This document shows, piece by piece, positions 57,501 to 64,000 of a stretch of DNA of 64,000 nucleotides (positions are counted from its first letter, which is position 1; each line of letters opens with the position of its first letter). This DNA comes from Eledone cirrhosa (Eukaryota), in the NCBI GenBank assembly GCA_964016885.1, contig OZ024741.1:150350001-150414000 (forward strand), written 5' to 3'. Position numbers and translations under genes: made by a program. The notes beneath the pieces were generated by a model. It was not told where the DNA came from and made no database searches. It saw nothing but the letters and a program-made list of their open reading frames with translations.

Positions 57501-60500
57501 TGCTGGAGGGAAGACATTAACACTATATCTTCTGTTTTGCTGGTGCTAGACTACGGCCATGCTGGAGGGAAGACATTAACACTATATCTTCTGTTTTGCT
57601 GGTGCTAGACTACGGCCATGCTGGAGGGAGGATATTAACACTATATCTTCTGTTTTGCTGTTGGTAGACTACGGCCATGCTAGAGGGAAGACATTAACAC
57701 TATATCTTCTGTTCTGCTGTTGGTAGACTACGGCCATGCTGGAGGGAGGATATTAACACTATATCTTCTGTTTTGCTGTTGGTAGTCTACGGCCATGCTG
57801 GAGGGAAGACATTAACACTATATCTTCTGTTCTACTGTTGGTAGACTACGGCCATGCTGGAGGGAGGATATTAACACTATATCTTCTGTTGTGCTGTTGG
57901 AAGACTACGGCCATGCTGGAGGGAAGTCATTAACACTATATCTTCTGTTCTGCTGTTGGTAGACTACGGCCATGCTGGAGGGAGGATATTAACACTATAT
58001 CTTCTGTTTTACTGTTGGTAGACTACGGCCATGCTGGAGTGAAGACATTAACACTATATCTTCTGTTCTGCTGTTGGTAGACTACGGCCATTCTGGAGGG
58101 AGGATATTAACACTATATCTTCTGTTTTGCTGTTGGTAGACTACGGCCATGCTGGAGGGAAGACATTAACACTATATCTTCTGTTTTGCTGTTGCTAGAC
58201 TACGGCCATGCTGGAGGGAAGACATTAACACTATATCTTCTGTTCTGCTGTTGATAGACTACGGCCATGCTGGAGGGAAGACATTAACACTATATCTTCT
58301 GTTCTGCTGTTGGTAGACTACGGCCATGCTGGAGGGAAGACATTAACACTATATCTTCTGTTCTGCTGTTGATAGACTACGGCCATGCTGGAGGGAAGAC
58401 ATTAACACTATATCTTCTGTTCTGCTGTTGGCAGACTACGGCCATGCTGGAGGGAAGACATTAACACTATATCTTCTGTTCTACTGTTGATAGACTACGG
58501 CCATGCTGGAGGGAAGACATTAACACTATATCTTCTGTTCTGCTGTTGCTAGATTACGGCCATGCCGGAGGGAAGACATTAACACTATATCTTCTGTTTT
58601 GCTGGTGCTAGACTACGGCCATGCTGGAGGGAAGACATTAACACTATATCTTCTGTTTTGCTGGTGCTAGACTACGGCCATGCTGGAGGGAGGATATTAA
58701 CACTATATCTTCTGTTTTGCTGTTGGTAGACTACGGCCATGCTAGAGGGAAGACATTAACACTATATCTTCTGTTCTGCTGTTGGTAGACTACGGCCATG
58801 CTGGAGGGAGGATATTAACACTATATCTTCTGTTTTGCTGTTGGTAGTCTACGGCCATGCTGGAGGGAAGACATTAACACTATATCTTCTGTTCTACTGT
58901 TGGTAGACTACGGCCATGCTGGAGGGAGGATATTAACACTATATCTTCTGTTGTGCTGTTGGAAGACTACGGCCATGCTGGAGGGAAGACATTAACACTA
59001 TATCTTCTGTTCTGCTGTTGGTAGACTACGGCCATGCTGGAGGGAGGATATTAACACTATATCTTCTGTTTTACTGTTGGTAGACTACGGCCATGCTGGA
59101 GTGAAGACATTAACACTATATCTTCTGTTCTGCTGTTACTAGACTACGGCCATGCTGGAGGGAAGACATTAACACTATATCTTCTGTTCTGCTGTTGCTA
59201 GACTACGGCCATGCTGGAGGGAAGACATTAACACTATATCTTCTGTGCTGCTGTTGGTAGACTACGTCCATGCTGGAGGGAAGACATTAACACTATATCT
59301 TCTGTTCTGCTGTTGGTAGACTACGGCCATGCTGGAGGGCAGACATTAACACTATATCTTCTGTTCTGCTGTTGCTAGACTACGGCCATGCTGGAGGGCA
59401 GACGTTAACACTATATCGTCTGTTCTGCTGTTGCTAGACTACGGCCATGCTGGAGGGCAGAGGTTAACACTATATCTTCTGTTCTGCTGTTGCTAGACTA
59501 CGGCCATGCTGGAGGGCAGACGTTAACACTATATCTTCTGTTCTGCTGTTGCTAGACTACGGCCATGCTGGAGGGAAGACATTAACACTATATCTTCTGT
59601 TCTGCTGTTGCTAGATTACGGCCATGCTGGAGGGAAGACATTAACACTATATCTTCTGTTTTGCTGGTGCTAGACTACGGCCATGCTGGAGGGAAGACAT
59701 TAACACTATATCTTCTGTTCTGCTGTTGCTAGACTACGGCCATGCTGGAGGGAAGACATTAACACTATATCTTCTGTTCTGCTGTTGATAGACTACGGCC
59801 ATGCTGGAGGGAAGACATTAACACTATATCTTCTGTTCTGCTGTTGGTAGACTACGGCCATGCTGGAGGGAAGACATTAACACTATATCTTCTGTTCTGC
59901 TGTTGATAGACTACGGCCATGCTGGAGGGAAGACATTAAAACTATATCTTCTGTTCTGCTGTTGGCAGACTACGGCCATGCTGGAGGGAAGACATTAACA
60001 CTATATCTTCTGTTCTGCTGTTGATAGACTACGGTCATGCTGGAGGGAAGACATTAACACTATATCTTCTGTTCTGCTGTTGCTAGATTGCGGCCATGCC
60101 GGAGGGAAGACATTAACACTATATCTTCTGTTTTGCTGGTGCTAGACTACGGCCATGCTGGAGGGAAGACATTAACACTATATCTTCTGTTTTGCTGGTG
60201 CTAGACTACGGCCATGCTGGAGGGAGGATATTAACACTATATCTTCTGTTTTGCTGTTGGTAGACTACGGCCATGCTAGAGGGAAGACATTAACACTATA
60301 TCTTCTGTTCTGCTGTTGGTAGACTACGGCCATGCTGGAGGGAGGATATTAACACTATATCTTCTGTTTTGCTGTTGGTAGTCTACGGCCATGCTGGAGG
60401 GAAGACATTAACACTATATCTTCTGTTCTACTGTTGGTAGACTACGGCCATGCTGGAGGGAGGATATTAACACTATATCTTCTGTTGTGCTGTTGGAAGA

Positions 60501-63500
60501 CTACGGCCATGCTGGAGGGAAGACATTAACACTATATCTTCTGTTCTGCTGTTGGTAGACTACGGCCATGCTGGAGGGAGGATATTAACACTATATCTTC
60601 TGTTTTACTGTTGGTAGACTACGGCCATGCTGGAGTGAAGACATTAACACTATATCTTCTGTTCTGCTGTTGGTAGACTACGGCCATTCTGGAGGGAGGA
60701 TATTAACACTATATCTTCTGTTTTGCTGTTGGTAGACTACGGCCATGCTGGAGGGAAGACATTAACACTATATCTTCTGTTCTACTGTTGGTAGACTACG
60801 GCCATGCTGGAGGGAGGATATTAACACTATATCTTCTGTTTTGCTGTTGGTAGACTACGGCCATGCTGGAGGGAAGACATTAACACTATATCTTCTGTTC
60901 TGCTGTTGGTAGACTACGGCCATGCTGGAGGGAAGACATTAACACTATATCTTCTGTTCTGCTGTTGGTAGACTACGGCCATGCTGGAGGGAGGATATTA
61001 ACACTATATCTTCTGTTTTACTGGTGCTAGACTACGGCCATGCTGGAGGGAAGACATTAACACTATATCTTCTGTTCTGCTGTTGGTAGACTACGGCCAT
61101 GCTGGAGGGAAGACATTAACACTATATCTTCTGTTCTGCTGTTGGTAGACTACGGCCATGCTGGAGGGAGGATATTAACACTATATCTTCTGTTTTGCTG
61201 TTGGTAGACTACGGCCATGCTGGAGGGAAGACATTAACACTATATCTTCTGTTCTACTGTTGGTAGACTCCGGCCATGCTGGAGGGAGGATATTAACACT
61301 ATATCTTCTGTTCTACTGTTGGTAGACTACGGCCATGCTGGAGGGAGGATATTAACACTATATCTTTTGTTTTGCTGTTGGTAGACTACGGCCATGCTGG
61401 AGGGAAGACATTAACACTATATCTTCTGTTCTGCTGTTGGTAGACTACGGCCATTCTGGAGAGAGGACATTAACACTATATCTTCTGTTTTGCTGTTGGT
61501 AGACTACGGCCATGCTGGAGGGAGGATATTAACACTATATCTTCTGTTGTGCTGTTGGAAGACTACGGCCATGCTGGAGGGAAGACATTAACACTATATC
61601 TTCTGTTCTGCTGTTGGTAGACTACGGCCATGCTGGAGGGAGGATATTAACACTATATCTTCTGTTTTACTGTTGGTAGACTACGGCCATGCTGGAGTGA
61701 AGACATTAACACTATATCTTCTGTTCTGCTGTTACTAGACTACGGCCATGCTGGAGGGAAGACATTAACACTATATCTTCTGTTCTGCTGTTGCTAGACT
61801 ACGGCCATGCTGGAGGGAAGACATTAACACTATATCTTCTGTGCTGCTGTTGGTAGACTACGTCCATGCTGGAGGGAAGACATTAACACTATATCTTCTG
61901 TTCTGCTGTTGGTAGACTACGGCCATGCTGGAGGGCAGACATTAACACTATATCTTCTGTTCTGCTGTTGCTAGACTACGGCCATGCTGGAGGGCAGACG
62001 TTAACACTATATCGTCTGTTCTGCTGTTGCTAGACTACGGCCATGCTGGAGGGCAGAGGTTAACACTATATCTTCTGTTCTGCTGTTGCTAGACTACGGC
62101 CATGCTGGAGGGCAGACGTTAACACTATATCTTCTGTTCTGCTGTTGCTAGACTACGGCCATGCTGGAGGGAAGACATTAACACTATATCTTCTGTTCTG
62201 CTGTTGCTAGATTACGGCCATGCTGGAGGGAAGACATTAACACTATATCTTCTGTTTTGCTGGTGCTAGACTACGGCCATGCTGGAGGGAAGACATTAAC
62301 ACTATATCTTCTGTTCTGCTGTTGCTAGACTACGGCCATGCTGGAGGGAAGACATTAACACTATATCTTCTGTTCTGCTGTTGATAGACTACGGCCATGC
62401 TGGAGGGAAGACATTAACACTATATCTTCTGTTCTGCTGTTGGTAGACTACGGCCATGCTGGAGGGAAGACATTAACACTATATCTTCTGTTCTGCTGTT
62501 GATAGACTACGGCCATGCTGGAGGGAAGACATTAAAACTATATCTTCTGTTCTGCTGTTGGCAGACTACGGCCATGCTGGAGGGAAGACATTAACACTAT
62601 ATCTTCTGTTCTGCTGTTGATAGACTACGGCCATGCTGGAGGGAAGACATTAACACTATATCTTCTGTTCTGCTGTTGCTAGATTGCGGCCATGCCGGAG
62701 GGAAGACATTAACACTATATCTTCTGTTTTGCTGGTGCTAGACTACGGCCATGCTGGAGGGAAGACATTAACACTATATCTTCTGTTTTGCTGGTGCTAG
62801 ACTACGGCCATGCTGGAGGGAGGATATTAACACTATATCTTCTGTTTTGCTGTTGGTAGACTACGGCCATGCTAGAGGGAAGACATTAACACTATATCTT
62901 CTGTTCTGCTGTTGGTAGACTACGGCCATGCTGGAGGGAGGATATTAACACTATATCTTCTGTTTTGCTGTTGGTAGTCTACGGCCATGCTGGAGGGAAG
63001 ACATTAACACTATATCTTCTGTTCTACTGTTGGTAGACTACGGCCATGCTGGAGGGAGGATATTAACACTATATCTTCTGTTGTGCTGTTGGAAGACTAC
63101 GGCCATGCTGGAGGGAAGACATTAACACTATATCTTCTGTTCTGCTGTTGGTAGACTACGGCCATGCTGGAGGGAGGATATTAACACTATATCTTCTGTT
63201 TTACTGTTGGTAGACTACGGCCATGCTGGAGTGAAGACATTAACACTATATCTTCTGTTCTGCTGTTGGTAGACTACGGCCATTCTGGAGGGAGGATATT
63301 AACACTATATCTTCTGTTTTGCTGTTGGTAGACTACGGCCATGCTGGAGGGAAGACATTAACACTATATCTTCTGTTCTACTGTTGGTAGACTACGGCCA
63401 TGCTGGAGGGAGGATATTAACACTATATCTTCTGTTTTGCTGTTGGTAGACTACGGCCATGCTGGAGGGAAGACATTAACACTATATCTTCTGTTCTGCT

Positions 63501-64000
63501 GTTGGTAGACTACGGCCATGCTGGAGGGAAGACATTAACACTATATCTTCTGTTCTGCTGTTGGTAGACTACGGCCATGCTGGAGGGAGGATATTAACAC
63601 TATATCTTCTGTTTTACTGGTGCTAGACTACGGCCATGCTGGAGGGAAGACATTAACACTATATCTTCTGTTCTGCTGTTGGTAGACTACGGCCATGCTG
63701 GAGGGAAGACATTAACACTATATCTTCTGTTCTGCTGTTGGTAGACTACGGCCATGCTGGAGGGAGGATATTAACACTATATCTTCTGTTTTGCTGTTGG
63801 TAGACTACGGCCATGCTGGAGGGAAGACATTAACACTATATCTTCTGTTCTACTGTTGGTAGACTCCGGCCATGCTGGAGGGAGGATATTAACACTATAT
63901 CTTCTGTTCTACTGTTGGTAGACTACGGCCATGCTGGAGGGAGGATATTAACACTATATCTTTTGTTTTGCTGTTGGTAGACTACGGCCATGCTGGAGGG
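45597..64000. repeat. 59-bp satellite, ~312 copies, runs off the right edge
   Basis: Consensus ACATTAACACTATATCTTCTGTT(C/T)TGCTGTTG(C/G)TAGACTACGGCCATGCTGGAGGGAAG. The register shifts 1 nt per 60-nt line, and there are no ORFs. Confidence 0.99.

Noticed and set aside
45597-64000. CRISPR array or coding repeat
   Set aside because: No unique spacers and no cas genes; the 59-bp unit is not a multiple of 3 and yields no ORFs; eukaryotic context.

Overview
Repeat-dominated eukaryotic DNA with no intact host gene. The SINE family and the very dense (TA)n/(CA)n microsatellites suggest an octopod cephalopod (inference from recalled repeat families). Three zones: (1) 1-14433, a near-identical ~474-bp tandem array of about 30 monomers, each carrying a minimal type I hammerhead ribozyme (HHR) on the + strand (AACGGTG-CTGATGA-T-AGCT/AACA/AGCT-T-GAAA-CTAG-TA^CATCGTT, with palindromic stem III ACTAGT). 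This looks like a ribozyme satellite or non-LTR retrozyme. (2) 14434-45596, a transposon graveyard: a Helitron helicase remnant, an RTE-like LINE 3' fragment, a broken Penelope-like RT + GIY-YIG element, several non-autonomous Penelope-type inverted/direct repeat structures with further HHR motifs, about a dozen tRNA-derived SINEs, a pogo/Tigger-like MITE, and a 200-N gap. (3) 45597-64000, a 59-bp satellite (~312 copies) with 14-, 20- and 44-mer higher-order blocks. All structures were read by eye; no folding program or database search was run.
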